From Acidobacteriota bacterium (GTDB lineage: Bacteria > Acidobacteriota > UBA6911), in NCBI GenBank assembly GCA_963664705.1, contig OY761556.1, forward strand, positions 608,001-672,000: a stretch of 64,000 bases of DNA, in the 5' to 3' direction. The translations under genes were made by a program, and so were the position numbers. This document shows positions 1 to 10,521 of the stretch, piece after piece; position 1 is the stretch's first letter, and each line of letters begins with the position of its first letter. The notes below the pieces were generated by a model. It was not told the origin of the DNA. It saw only the letters and a list, made by a program, of their open reading frames with translations, and ran no database searches.

Positions 1-672
1 GCGGATATCCTGGCTCGATTTGATAATGGTGACCCTGCGCTTATTGCTGTTGCAATCGAAGCCGGTCGCGTGCTGGTTTTCCCCTCCTCGGCCGATGATT
101 CGTCCAACGATCTCCCCTTGAAAGCCGTTTACGCGCCTTTCTGGCAACAGGCACTTCATTTTCTGGAAAACTTTCAGGAAAGGCGACCGTGGATGGAGGT
201 GGGCGCGACGTTGTCTCCCAAGACGCTGCTGTCAGACACAGCCCTCAGGCAAGGGAAAGGGCTTGCGAATAGCGAGGCGTCCGTTGCCATCCTCGATCCG
301 AGAAGGCAGCGGCTCCCTTTATTGCCGGGCGATGCCGCGCTTACACTGGAAACTGCGGGGTTTTATGAAATCCGGGCAATGCATTGGAATATACCCGTAG
401 CGGTCAATCCGGCGGCAAAGGAATCCGATTTGGAACATGGGAATGCAGAAGAAATGGCGGCAGGTTGGATGGCCTCTAATCCTTCCATGTTGCATCAGGA
501 TGAGCGATTAGGCCTGGATGATCTGGATCGCCGGCAGCGATTATGGGTTCTGATTCTGATAGGAGCCGCAGTCCTTTTGATTGCTGAATTGATTTTATCC
601 AACGCTCATCCTGTTTCGCGCGGACAGGAAAGGCCGGTTGGACATGTGCCCATAGCCAGGCGTCAGGCTTAA
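1..672 (+). CDS. C-terminal part of a BatA/vWA-associated membrane protein (MoxR-operon type), 5'-truncated by the window edge
   Basis: Frame is open from base 1 (ADILARFDNGDPALI...). It contains the ARF.NG.PAL, NDLPL...PF, AVNP...ESDL and C-terminal 'LW..L......L.AE' TM pattern typical of these proteins, and lies upstream of a DUF4175-like gene. Confidence 0.65.
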   Translation, partial: ADILARFDNGDPALIAVAIEAGRVLVFPSSADDSSNDLPLKAVYAPFWQQALHFLENFQERRPWMEVGATLSPKTLLSDTALRQGKGLANSEASVAILDPRRQRLPLLPGDAALTLETAGFYEIRAMHWNIPVAVNPAAKESDLEHGNAEEMAAGWMASNPSMLHQDERLGLDDLDRRQRLWVLILIGAAVLLIAELILSNAHPVSRGQERPVGHVPIARRQA

Positions 673-689
673 GAGGCCGGGGAGGATCT

Positions 690-3600
690 ATGAATGCCTA
701 CGGGAGCCTGTTGACAACGATACGACAGGTGCGTCGGAAATGGCGCTCCCAGATTCTGGTCAAAGGAATTTCCTTGTTCCTTGCCTCCACGATTGCCTTC
801 CTCATGCTGGGCGTTTGGGGCGCGGATCTCTTTGGATTCAAGTCTTCCGTGGTTTGGATGATCCGTATTCTAGCCGGGGCAACGGTTCTTTTTACGGGGT
901 GGTATTTTCTCTGCGTTCCGCTTCGAGCCCGGATAACCAATGTTCAAATTGCACGGTTTGTCGAAGAGAAATATCCCCAATTGGAGGATCGACTTGTTGC
1001 GGCGGTGGAACACGGAGGGAATGCGGCAGAATCGAAGAGCATGATCGATCTTCTCATTAAAGATGCTTTGGATAAGACAGCTGCGATCGATCTGTCGGTG
1101 TTTTTGGATCGCAAACGGCTGCTGTCCTTCGCATTGACCGGGTTTTCCGCACTGCTGGGACTTTTCCTGTTGTTGAATTGGGGGCCGTCATTCTTTCCTT
1201 ACGGGTTCAGTTATCTGTATGCACCATGGACGCAAGCCTCTCTCGGTTCATCTCTGATGATCAAAATCGCTCCCGGCGATGTTGAACTGGCAAAGGGATC
1301 GGATCAGCAGATTCACGCGCAGTTGATCGGGTTTGATTCTTCCGACGTCCGTTTGCTTTCTCAGGTTGAGGGTTCCGCGACATGGAATGCTTCGGTGATG
1401 GAGCCCGAGTCGCGCGGGAGCGGTTTTCAATACCTGCTGGTGGATCTTCGGTCCTCAGTTCGTTACTACGTCGAATCGAAGGGAGTGAAATCCAAAGCTT
1501 GCCTGATTCGCGTTCAGGATCTGGCGAAAGTCGATGCCATCGATCTGACGTATCATTTCCCCGCGTATGCCGGGATGGTTGATCAGACGGTGCGAAATGA
1601 GGGGGATATTTCGGCGCTGAAAGGGACAAGAGTGGATCTGCGGATTCGTCTCAGCCGTCCAGCTGAATCGGCCCGACTCTTGTTTGACAATCAATCGGTT
1701 CTGGATCTTTCGCGAGGTACGGCACAGGACTTTGCCGGCACGCTTACTCTTCAAAGGTCAGGATCCTACGTTGTTCAAATCACCGAACCTCGCGGTTCCA
1801 CTCATCCTGGATCAGCCGAGTATGGCATCGAGGCGCTGGATGACCAGGTTCCAAAGGTGACCATAACCAGGCCGATGCGGGATGTGCGCGCCACCAGCGT
1901 TGAGGAGGTTTTTTCGGAGGTCAAAGGAGAAGATGACATCGGGGTTGGGAAGCTGGAGCTTCACTATTCAGTCAATGGTGGGGCGGAAAGATCGGTGGAT
2001 CTTTACACCGGAAAGCCTCCTAAGACTTCAGTCATCGGGTCCCATACATTCTTACTGGAGGAGTTCGGCCTGCAGCCCGGAGATGTAATTTCCTATTATG
2101 CCAAGGGCTGGGACAACAACAATGCGACCGGGCCTGGCAATGCAAGCTCAGATATCTATTTCATTCAGGTTCGCCCCTTTGAGCAGAAATATACGCAAAA
2201 CCAACAGTCGGGCATGTCCGGGCAGGGGGGAGAGCGGGAGGAAGCGCTCAGCAAGCAGCAGAAGGACATTATCAGCGCGACCTTCAGGCTGATCCGTGAA
2301 AAGAGCAGGATGGAGTCCAAAGAGTACCAGGATGGTCTGAAGTCGCTGGCCCTGGTACAAACCCGTTTGCAGCTGCAGGCGCAAAATGTGGTGGATCGGA
2401 TGCAACGCCGTGGGGCCGTGCAGGTCGATGACAAATTCCGCAAATTGTCCGAATACCTGAGGACCGCCATTCAGGAGATGGAGAAGGCAGCGGCTAATCT
2501 TGGAGCGCAGAAGCCCGACGGAGCAATGCCTAATGAACAAAAGTCCCTCCAGCAGTTGATGCGTGCCGAGAGCCTGTTTCGCGAAATCCAGGTCTCATTT
2601 GCAGCCCAGGGCGGCGGGAGTGGGGCGCAGACAAACGCCGAGGACCTGGCGGATTTGTTCGAGCTGGAATTGAACAAGCTCAAAAACCAGTACGAAACAG
2701 TGCAGCGAGGAGAAGAGCAGGCCCGGGATCAAAAAGTCGACGAGGCAATGGAAAAGCTGAAGGAACTGGCCAGGAGGCAGCAGCAACTCAACGAACGCAA
2801 TCGCATGTTGGGTCAGCAGGGGAAAAGCGCTTCGTCCGGCGGAGAACCCCAAAATCAGCAGGAGTTGATACAGCAGGCGGAGCAAATGCAACGGCAGTTG
2901 CAGCGGTTATCCAGAGAACGCAGCTCTCCTCAGATAAACGAGGCCGGCAGTCAGATCCAGAAGGCGATCGACGAGATGAAAAGGGCTCTCGGCAATTCGC
3001 AAAATCAGAATAGCGCGGAGTCCACAGCTCAGGGGATACGCGCGCTACAGCAGTTGGAAGATGCCGCACGCAAGCTATCCCAGGGTCAAAGAGCCGGATT
3101 TGCCCAGCGTCTTGACGGGGCGGTGGAGGAATCCAAAAGCCTGGTAGAGGAGCAGAAACGAATTCAGGAAGGCCTGGAGCGGCTTTCAAAGGACAAACCT
3201 CCGGCAGGCTTGTCTGAATCCGGCCGCCAGCTTCGTGAAGATATGGTCTCACGGAAAACAAGCCTGGCCGATAGACTCAGAAGTCTGAATAATCAAATTC
3301 AGGATCTCTCGAGGCAGACGCGAAAAAGCCAAAAGGAGACCAGCGACAGATTAGGCGAGGCTGCCAGAGGCATCCAGGACAGCCGCCTCCCGGACCGCAT
3401 CATGAGCGGAAATCCCATGATCCAGAATGGATATTATGACGGCCAGAAACAACGGGAGGATTTTATTCGAGGCAGCCTGGAAGCGCTGAATAAACAGCTG
3501 GAGACGGCCAGAAATAGTGCTGGGCAATCAAAAGAAGGGAAGCTCGAAGAGGCTGCATCACGGGCGCGACAGCTTGCCGAAGGATTGGAATCCATGCAGC

Positions 3601-4187
3601 AGCGCATGAACCAAGCTCAGCAGGGGAAGGAAGGGAACGGCCAGCGGCAAGGTCCACCATCAGCGCGGCAGGATAGTGGGCAGGAACCTCAGGGGCAGAA
3701 GGGTGGTTCAATGCAAACTGGTCCGATTTCAGGCGGACAGGCGGAGGCTACTGTCCGGAATGGCAGACCAAGTCCCGGCACTGATGCCCGCACGCCATCC
3801 GGGAATACGATCGGTCCGCCGATCGGTACCGGAACTCCGGGGAATGAAGAAGCTCGCCAGCTTGGCAGGGAATTACAGCAAAGGCTGACGGATGCGCGGG
3901 ATTTGAAGCCCCTGCTCGATGTGAACTCAACCCAAATGAAAAACCTGGAGAAGGTAATCGAATCGCTGCGAAGGACAGGAGATTATACAAACCAGGGCAA
4001 CCCGGAACAGATTGCCCGGTTGAAGAGCGCTATCGACTATATGCGCAAAGTGGAATTCGATTTGTCCCGGGATCTGGAAAAGCTCAATCAGAGTGAACGA
4101 TATTTGTCCGAAGAGGAGAACGGGTCCCCGGATCGCTACCGTAAGCTGGTCGAGGAGTATTATCGATCCGTTGCCAAAAGCAGGTAA
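690..4187 (+). CDS. DUF4175-like large membrane-anchored protein (TM helices, Ig-like region, long Gln-rich coiled coil)
   Basis: 1165-aa ORF with GGAGG RBS, N-terminal TMs, 'DDIGV..LELHYSVNG', 'QPGDVISYYA..D', heptad Q/E-rich C-half, ending 'YRKLVEEYYRSVAK'. Confidence 0.7.
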   Translation: MNAYGSLLTTIRQVRRKWRSQILVKGISLFLASTIAFLMLGVWGADLFGFKSSVVWMIRILAGATVLFTGWYFLCVPLRARITNVQIARFVEEKYPQLEDRLVAAVEHGGNAAESKSMIDLLIKDALDKTAAIDLSVFLDRKRLLSFALTGFSALLGLFLLLNWGPSFFPYGFSYLYAPWTQASLGSSLMIKIAPGDVELAKGSDQQIHAQLIGFDSSDVRLLSQVEGSATWNASVMEPESRGSGFQYLLVDLRSSVRYYVESKGVKSKACLIRVQDLAKVDAIDLTYHFPAYAGMVDQTVRNEGDISALKGTRVDLRIRLSRPAESARLLFDNQSVLDLSRGTAQDFAGTLTLQRSGSYVVQITEPRGSTHPGSAEYGIEALDDQVPKVTITRPMRDVRATSVEEVFSEVKGEDDIGVGKLELHYSVNGGAERSVDLYTGKPPKTSVIGSHTFLLEEFGLQPGDVISYYAKGWDNNNATGPGNASSDIYFIQVRPFEQKYTQNQQSGMSGQGGEREEALSKQQKDIISATFRLIREKSRMESKEYQDGLKSLALVQTRLQLQAQNVVDRMQRRGAVQVDDKFRKLSEYLRTAIQEMEKAAANLGAQKPDGAMPNEQKSLQQLMRAESLFREIQVSFAAQGGGSGAQTNAEDLADLFELELNKLKNQYETVQRGEEQARDQKVDEAMEKLKELARRQQQLNERNRMLGQQGKSASSGGEPQNQQELIQQAEQMQRQLQRLSRERSSPQINEAGSQIQKAIDEMKRALGNSQNQNSAESTAQGIRALQQLEDAARKLSQGQRAGFAQRLDGAVEESKSLVEEQKRIQEGLERLSKDKPPAGLSESGRQLREDMVSRKTSLADRLRSLNNQIQDLSRQTRKSQKETSDRLGEAARGIQDSRLPDRIMSGNPMIQNGYYDGQKQREDFIRGSLEALNKQLETARNSAGQSKEGKLEEAASRARQLAEGLESMQQRMNQAQQGKEGNGQRQGPPSARQDSGQEPQGQKGGSMQTGPISGGQAEATVRNGRPSPGTDARTPSGNTIGPPIGTGTPGNEEARQLGRELQQRLTDARDLKPLLDVNSTQMKNLEKVIESLRRTGDYTNQGNPEQIARLKSAIDYMRKVEFDLSRDLEKLNQSERYLSEEENGSPDRYRKLVEEYYRSVAKSR

Positions 4188-4356
4188 GGAAGACTGTATT
4201 CTCTGAATTTGCACGCTTTCGCATGAGATCCGGCCATGCCTGGCCCGATTGTGTAGGGCCGCATTATTCTCATTGCCAAGATTCCTGCCGGTGATACGAT
4301 CAAGGAGATTTGATATCTCCGTTGCACACGGCATGCGTTCTTTCGGGAGGCCCTGG

Positions 4357-5298
4357 ATGCGAATAGTAATTACGGGTGGTGCGGGTTTTCTTGGCAGTCA
4401 TTTGTGTGATCGCCTGCTGAAATTGGGACACGAGGTTATCTGCCTGGACAACCTCTTGACCGGAACGGTCGACAATATCGCCCACCTGATGGGAAATGAG
4501 AGGTTTCAGTTCTTTAAGCATGATGTGACGGAATACATTTTTATCGGTCAGCCGGTTGACGCGGTTATGCATTTTGCCTCCCCCGCGAGTCCCCGCGATT
4601 ATCTCGAGTTGCCGATTCAGACTCTGAAGGTTGGAGCCCTTGGTACCCACAAGACCATTGGACTCGCCAAGCATAAGAAGGCCCGATTCCTCATGGCAAG
4701 CACCTCGGAAAGCTATGGGGATCCGTTGGTGAATCCGCAACCCGAAACCTATTGGGGGAATGTCAATCCTATTGGATTGCGCGGAGTATATGACGAGGCC
4801 AAGCGGTTTGCGGAGGCACTCGTAATGGCGTATTACCGCTATCACAAGGTGGACACGCGTATCGCGCGTATATTCAACACCTATGGCCCGCGCATGCGTC
4901 CGCATGACGGACGCGTGGTTTCCAATTTTATAGTGCAGGCGCTCAAAGGCGAACCGCTCACTGTGTATGGCAAAGGTGACCAGACACGGAGTTTCTGCTA
5001 TGTCGAGGATGAGGTCGATGGATTAATCCGGCTCCTGCTGGTTCCGGAAAGCGAAGAGGTACATCTGCCTGTCAACATTGGGAATCCGCAGGAGCTTACG
5101 GTGCTCGAAATTGCAGAGAAGGTGATCCGCCTGACCGGTTCGAGCAGCGGCATTATCCATGAACCGTTGCCGGAGGATGATCCCAAAGTGCGTCGCCCCG
5201 ATATCACCCGTGCGGGACGTTTATTGGACTGGGCTCCGCGAATACCTCTGGAAGAAGGGTTGCGCCGCACCATCGAATACTTCAGATCCAAATTATAG
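4357..5298 (+). CDS. UDP-glucuronate decarboxylase (UDP-xylose synthase) family SDR
   Basis: [45 protein letters not shown] motifs. ATG 4357 follows GGAGG at 4346-4350. Confidence 0.92.
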   Translation: MRIVITGGAGFLGSHLCDRLLKLGHEVICLDNLLTGTVDNIAHLMGNERFQFFKHDVTEYIFIGQPVDAVMHFASPASPRDYLELPIQTLKVGALGTHKTIGLAKHKKARFLMASTSESYGDPLVNPQPETYWGNVNPIGLRGVYDEAKRFAEALVMAYYRYHKVDTRIARIFNTYGPRMRPHDGRVVSNFIVQALKGEPLTVYGKGDQTRSFCYVEDEVDGLIRLLLVPESEEVHLPVNIGNPQELTVLEIAEKVIRLTGSSSGIIHEPLPEDDPKVRRPDITRAGRLLDWAPRIPLEEGLRRTIEYFRSKL

Positions 5299-5427
5299 AA
5301 CCTGCTGATAAATGGCGAATCCAGTCGCAGCAGGGATATTTCGTGAGCTTCATTCAACAAATCAAGAACGTGAGAAGCGGATAGGTGCGTCGCTGTGGTA
5401 TGATCTCCGGTTTTAGGAGGTGTGGCT

Positions 5428-6600
5428 ATGAATGTGCCGCTATTGGATCTGCAGGCGCAGTACGCAACAATAAAGGATAAGGTTCATGCTGCCGTTGACA
5501 ACGTTTTTGAATCGCAGCGTTTTGTTCTTGGGGCCCAGGTGGCTGGCCTCGAGGAGGAAATCGCCCGGTTCTGCGGAGTCCCGTATGCGGTTGGAGTTGC
5601 CTCAGGTACTGATGCGTTGCTGCTTTCGCTGAAGGCTGTCGGCGTTAATCCGGGAGATGCGGTTGTTACCGTTCCGTTTACTTTTTTTGCCACGGCCGGA
5701 ACAATTGTGAATGTGGGGGCCACCCCATTTTTCGTCGACATAGAGCCAAAAGGCTTTGAGATGGATCCGGCGAAGCTGTCGGAGTTCTTTACGCGCGAAT
5801 GCACATACAATCCAGGAGCCCGGCAGACCGTTCACAAAGCATCCCAAAAAATCGTTAAGGCCATTGTGCCGGTTCATCTGTATGGACAATGCGTCGATAT
5901 GGATGAGATTCTGGAAATTGCCCGGACTTATAATGTCTCCGTTATTGAAGATGCCTGTCAAGCTATCGGGGCCACGTACAAGGATAGAAAAGCTGGCGCG
6001 ATGGGAGACCTGGGATGCTTCAGCTTCTTTCCCTCCAAGAACCTGGGTGGAGCCGGCGATGGCGGCATGGTTACATCTTCCAATCCTCAGCTTGCCGATC
6101 GTGTCCGTTTGCTCCGAACCCACGGGGCGCACCAGAGATATCTTCATGCAATTGTGGGGTTCAATAGTCGCCTGGATGAACTGCAGGCAGCCGTTCTGCG
6201 AGTAAAACTGCCGTATCTCGAAAGCTGGTCCAGCGCGCGCGCCGAAAATGCCAGGAAGTACGGCGAAAGCTTCAAGGCGGCCGGGCTGCTTTCCCGGGTC
6301 CGCCCGCCGCAGGTGCTGCAGGACCGGTCGCACATTTTTCATCAGTATGTCATTCGCTGCGAGATGAGGGATAAGCTGCTGGCCGCATTAAAGGCGGCCG
6401 GGATCGGAACCGAAGTGTATTATCCGGTTTCCTTGCACGAACAGGAGTGCTTCCAGTCTTTGGGTTATTCGGCGGCGGATCTTCCTGAATCGCACGCAGC
6501 TACCGAGGATTCGCTGGCGCTTCCGATCTATCCGGAATTGACCGATATTCAAAGGCAATATGTGGTGGACACTATTGCGGAGTTTTATCGGCAACAGTAG
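5428..6600 (+). CDS. DegT/DnrJ/EryC1/StrS PLP-dependent sugar aminotransferase
   Basis: SGTDAL, PVHLYGQ, IEDACQA, FSFFPSKNLG, NSRLDELQAA. AGGAGG at 5415-5420 favours ATG 5428. Confidence 0.93.
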   Translation: MNVPLLDLQAQYATIKDKVHAAVDNVFESQRFVLGAQVAGLEEEIARFCGVPYAVGVASGTDALLLSLKAVGVNPGDAVVTVPFTFFATAGTIVNVGATPFFVDIEPKGFEMDPAKLSEFFTRECTYNPGARQTVHKASQKIVKAIVPVHLYGQCVDMDEILEIARTYNVSVIEDACQAIGATYKDRKAGAMGDLGCFSFFPSKNLGGAGDGGMVTSSNPQLADRVRLLRTHGAHQRYLHAIVGFNSRLDELQAAVLRVKLPYLESWSSARAENARKYGESFKAAGLLSRVRPPQVLQDRSHIFHQYVIRCEMRDKLLAALKAAGIGTEVYYPVSLHEQECFQSLGYSAADLPESHAATEDSLALPIYPELTDIQRQYVVDTIAEFYRQQ

Positions 6601-6612
6601 ATTCGGCGGTGC

Positions 6613-6650
6613 AAAAAAAATGGCTCGGAGAGCTGAATTCTCCGAGCCAT
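6613..6650 (-). terminator. Intrinsic terminator between convergent genes
   Basis: ATGGCTCGGAGA/TCTCCGAGCCAT inverted repeat (6620-6650) preceded by A8, which is the U-tract on the minus strand. Confidence 0.8.
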
Positions 6651-6672
6651 CCTGCCTTCAAGAGACCGGATG

Positions 6673-7941
6673 CTATCTCCGCGATTTTCGCATTTCGGAT
6701 AAAAATTCCGCCGAGTTTCTTGCGATCACCTTCTTCAGAGTCCTGACGGTCAGCGGTTTTAGGGGAATCATGGGATCCGTGCCCAGCAAAGAGAAAATCT
6801 GTTTCAGGCTCTCGTCATCCGTAGATTGAGCCTTGGCTTCCAGCAGAATCCAATTCCCGCATCGGCGCAGAACAGCACGAAAATCCTCGAGTCCTTCCTG
6901 TATCCATACATTGATTTGTGCGGCAGAACTGGCGGGGTGTTGCCGCGCTGCCGGATTAAAGTTGCAGTAGCATCGAGGATACAATTCCAGAATTTGATCC
7001 ACCGGCAGATTACACTGATTGCGCTGAATCCATCGAGCCAGCAGTTTTACACGATTAAGGCAGCTCTGATCGGCATGCGGGAGTCCGGAAAGCAGCTCAA
7101 GGTTGCGCAGGGCGATAGAATCGACTTTTACTTCATCCTTCTTGAATCCGCCCATCACATGGAGAGCTTCTTCGTGCAGCAGGAAGTATGTATCCATGTA
7201 GTTCTTTTTGAATTCGAGGAACTTATTGTCGAAGTCGATCCGCACGGCCGGGTCGAGAAAACGATGAGGTTCCTCCAGGGATTGAAGCAACGACTCCTTC
7301 AGCCGATCCAGGGTTTCGTTATTCAGCGAAAAGGCTGCCGTCAGATATTCATGCGCATGCATGAAAGCCGGCATCCAGCGCTTGAGTCCGGCCAGGTTCT
7401 CCAGCCCCTGTTTCCACTTGAATAGCCTTGGTTCCTCCCACGCGAAACTGCGGCCGATGCAATCCACGGCTTCATAGAACGTCAGCGAACCGGAACGGAG
7501 GTTTTCCAAAATGGTTTTCAGGAACCGCAGCGGGCTTTCGATGATCTTGAGCTCATTCCAGAACCGAGTGGTCTGGAGAACATCGGGGAATACCTGTACG
7601 CTTCCAAGAATGCCTTCAGCCGAATGGGCAAGCCAATCGATGAACTGGTTTTTGGCAAGTTCAGCCGGCGCTCCTTCAATCCCAGTCCTGTCCATCAGAA
7701 GGGCGGCCCAACGGCGGGATCTTTCCTCCCCGGATACTCTTCTCGATGCCGACGCCGTATCCGAGCCGCCAAATTCGATCAGCAGATCGTTGAGCGATTC
7801 CTTTGCAGCGCTTGTCCCAGGCGAGGGTTTTGCGATTTCAAGCCTTGGGAGTGCGCCTCCGGGCAGGCTGGTTGCATTGCCCGTCCTGGACGCATCAGGG
7901 GATTGAGGTTCGTTGGTACTCCTTGGATCACCGATAGCCAT
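6673..7941 (-). CDS. Hypothetical protein resembling the C-terminal helical/Cys region of DUF6079 proteins; no ATPase domain
   Basis: 422-aa ORF 30 nt downstream of the PBP gene. Pattern FKKNY.D.Y..LH..A ... L..LS.L ... C-x(13)-C-x-C-NFNP. No Walker A. Confidence 0.6.
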   Translation of the reverse strand: MAIGDPRSTNEPQSPDASRTGNATSLPGGALPRLEIAKPSPGTSAAKESLNDLLIEFGGSDTASASRRVSGEERSRRWAALLMDRTGIEGAPAELAKNQFIDWLAHSAEGILGSVQVFPDVLQTTRFWNELKIIESPLRFLKTILENLRSGSLTFYEAVDCIGRSFAWEEPRLFKWKQGLENLAGLKRWMPAFMHAHEYLTAAFSLNNETLDRLKESLLQSLEEPHRFLDPAVRIDFDNKFLEFKKNYMDTYFLLHEEALHVMGGFKKDEVKVDSIALRNLELLSGLPHADQSCLNRVKLLARWIQRNQCNLPVDQILELYPRCYCNFNPAARQHPASSAAQINVWIQEGLEDFRAVLRRCGNWILLEAKAQSTDDESLKQIFSLLGTDPMIPLKPLTVRTLKKVIARNSAEFLSEMRKSRR

Positions 7942-7971
7942 GCCAGATCATTCTTGGGGGGAATCAAATTA

Positions 7972-10380
7972 TTAGGGCCCTTTTTTGTTATCGGCTCCGC
8001 CGCCTGTATCTTTAGAAGGAGTTGCATAAATGCTTACAGGTCCCCCCTTGCCGGCCGCCTGCTCGTAGTTATTGCCATAGCATTGAAGAGTGGGCTCGGT
8101 GCCCTTGATGAAATATTCCTTTTCTCTCTGGAGGCAATGCTCTGTAGCCAGCAGTCCGGTTGAAGGATCAATTTCCACTTCCGGAACATCGTCGGGGATG
8201 GAGAATTCTGCCCCTCTCAGAGGCCGGAGCGAGACCGCTTTCTTCATGAATTCTGTCCATATGGGAAGAGCGGATTGTGAGCCTGAAAGCCCAAGCTCCC
8301 GATTGTCATCGAAGCCCACCCAGACGATACAGAGCAGATCCGGCGTATAGCCTGCAAACCAGCCGTCATGCGATGTTCCCGTCTTGCCGGCCGCCGGGAG
8401 CCCGAATCCGCGTGACCGGGCCGCCGCCCCGGTTCCGTTGTTGATAACGGATTGCAGCAGGGAGGTTACGAGGAATGCAATCTGAGGGGTCAAAGCCTGT
8501 TTCGGCTCAGGCGGTTCCACCCTGACCGGCTTGCCGTTTGCGTCCTGTATTTGCAGGACGGGCGTCAGGTCGGAAAGCAGGCCGCCATTGGCAAAGGCGG
8601 TGTAGGCCCGAACCATTTCCAGCGGCGTTATTTCAAAACTGCCGATGGCCATCGCGGGGTATGGCTTGATTTTCTCATTCAATCCAAGCCGTTGCGCCAG
8701 CTCTGTAACCTTCTGGTATCCCACTTTTTCGGCAAGCTTGATTGTCGCGATGTTCATCGACTTGGTGATTGCCTGCCGCATTGTCACTTGTCCGAAATAT
8801 TCCTGTTTGAAATTCTGCGGCTCGTATTGGAGATCATCAAAGGTAAACTGAGTCGGTTGATCGAGGACCGTGGAGACGACGGTCAGCGGAGTGGAACTGC
8901 TATAGGCCGTTTCGAGCGCAGTTGCGTACACAAAGGGCTTGAAGATGCTTCCCGGTTGCCGCTTTGATTGTGTGATGCGGTTGAATTGACTCATTCCATA
9001 GCTTCGACCGCCCAGCATCGCGAGGATCTGCCCGTTTTTCGGATCAACCGCGACAAGGCTTGCCTGCACGGTTCCCGGCGGAACTGGTGGTTTATGCTTT
9101 GCGAAATAAGCGTCCAACTCAGCAAGTCCTGCCCTGACTGACTCAAATGCCGCCTGTTGCAGGCCGGTATCCAGGCTTGTATAGACTTTGTACTTTTCCC
9201 TGGCAAGGGTCTCATCGCCGTATTTTGCGATCAATTGATCCTGTACATAGTCCACGAAATATGGGGCATCGGAATAGTTGAGGATGGATGTCGGTTTGAC
9301 AACCAGTGGTTTTGCTTTGGCTGCGTTTCGCTCCTGTTCCGTGATCATGGAGTATTCGGCCATCTGATCCAATACCAGGTTTCGCCTGACGGTAGCCCGG
9401 TCAGGATACCGTAATGGCGTATGGCGGTTAGGCGCCGTAATCATGCCTGCAAGAGTGGCGGCTTCTTCGAGCGTTAGGTCTTTGACTCGCTTGTCAAAAA
9501 ATGTGTCTGCGGCCTCTCCAAACCCGACAATGCTGAAAGATCCCGCCTGACCCAGGTACACTTCATTGCTGTAAAGTTCGAAGATCTGCGTCTTGGTAAG
9601 GCGTTTCTCCAGCAGAATGGACATATACGCGTCGGCAAATTTTCGTCTCCAGGTCCGCTCGGGAGTCAGAAAGTAGTTTTTGACAAACTGCTGCGTCAAC
9701 GTCGAGGCTCCCTGTGCGGTGTCTCCTTCCCGGATATCCACGATCAACGCCTTGATAATGCGAATAGGATCGATGCCACTGTGGCTGAAGAACCGCCTGT
9801 CTTCAGCCGCGAGCACGGCGTTGATCAGGACTTCCGGAATTTCCTGGTAGGTGACGGCGCGGCGCTTCTCTCTGCTTCTGTCGATAGCATTGCTGAGCAA
9901 TTCGGGCCTGAGCGAGAACTGCTGCAACTCTGCTTTGGTACCGAGATCCGTTACGGATGAGATGCTTTTGCCCGAGCAGGCGACCTCAACTCTTCGATTG
10001 GAATCGACCGGAACTGCAGACTCGTTGTAAATCATCAGGCGGCCGGCCTTGTCCTGGCGGTACCAGGAGGCGCCGTCGGTAGCTTTGTCCTGATCCTGAT
10101 AGCCCAGACGCTTGAGCCTGGATTCCAGTTCCGTGCATGTGAGGACCTTGCCAGGATAGAGAAGCAGCGGTGCTGCGTAGATTTTAGTCTCCGTGATCCG
10201 GGAGCGTTTTCCGAGTTTCGCCTCAATCGTTCCATCGAAAATGTAATAGTAATGGATCAGGAACGCGGCGACAGCCACCAGCGGGATGAGCGCAAGCAGC
10301 GCAAGAATCTTGATCAGCATGCTTCGCCTGGATTTTTTTCCGGCTTTTGATCCGCGGCGTTTTGTCTTTTGTGTCGGCAT
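7972..10380 (-). CDS. mrcB: Class A penicillin-binding protein, PBP1B type (TM, UB2H-like domain, transglycosylase, transpeptidase)
   Basis: AEDRRFFSH.GID, QGASTLTQQFVKN, QPGSIFKP (SxxK), SMN, KTGT. 'LESRLKRLGY' is a UB2H-like segment. Confidence 0.88.
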   Translation of the reverse strand: MPTQKTKRRGSKAGKKSRRSMLIKILALLALIPLVAVAAFLIHYYYIFDGTIEAKLGKRSRITETKIYAAPLLLYPGKVLTCTELESRLKRLGYQDQDKATDGASWYRQDKAGRLMIYNESAVPVDSNRRVEVACSGKSISSVTDLGTKAELQQFSLRPELLSNAIDRSREKRRAVTYQEIPEVLINAVLAAEDRRFFSHSGIDPIRIIKALIVDIREGDTAQGASTLTQQFVKNYFLTPERTWRRKFADAYMSILLEKRLTKTQIFELYSNEVYLGQAGSFSIVGFGEAADTFFDKRVKDLTLEEAATLAGMITAPNRHTPLRYPDRATVRRNLVLDQMAEYSMITEQERNAAKAKPLVVKPTSILNYSDAPYFVDYVQDQLIAKYGDETLAREKYKVYTSLDTGLQQAAFESVRAGLAELDAYFAKHKPPVPPGTVQASLVAVDPKNGQILAMLGGRSYGMSQFNRITQSKRQPGSIFKPFVYATALETAYSSSTPLTVVSTVLDQPTQFTFDDLQYEPQNFKQEYFGQVTMRQAITKSMNIATIKLAEKVGYQKVTELAQRLGLNEKIKPYPAMAIGSFEITPLEMVRAYTAFANGGLLSDLTPVLQIQDANGKPVRVEPPEPKQALTPQIAFLVTSLLQSVINNGTGAAARSRGFGLPAAGKTGTSHDGWFAGYTPDLLCIVWVGFDDNRELGLSGSQSALPIWTEFMKKAVSLRPLRGAEFSIPDDVPEVEIDPSTGLLATEHCLQREKEYFIKGTEPTLQCYGNNYEQAAGKGGPVSIYATPSKDTGGGADNKKGP

Positions 10381-10521
10381 GAAATACCCGCTATAAAGGG
10401 AGCATTCTATTAGAAATTGACGGCATTCGGAATGACAATCGGCATCGATCCCGCAGCGGGAAAGGGCTGAGTTTGTAGAGATGCGGCGACTCGCAGCCGT
10501 AATTCCGGGCTGCTCAACGGA

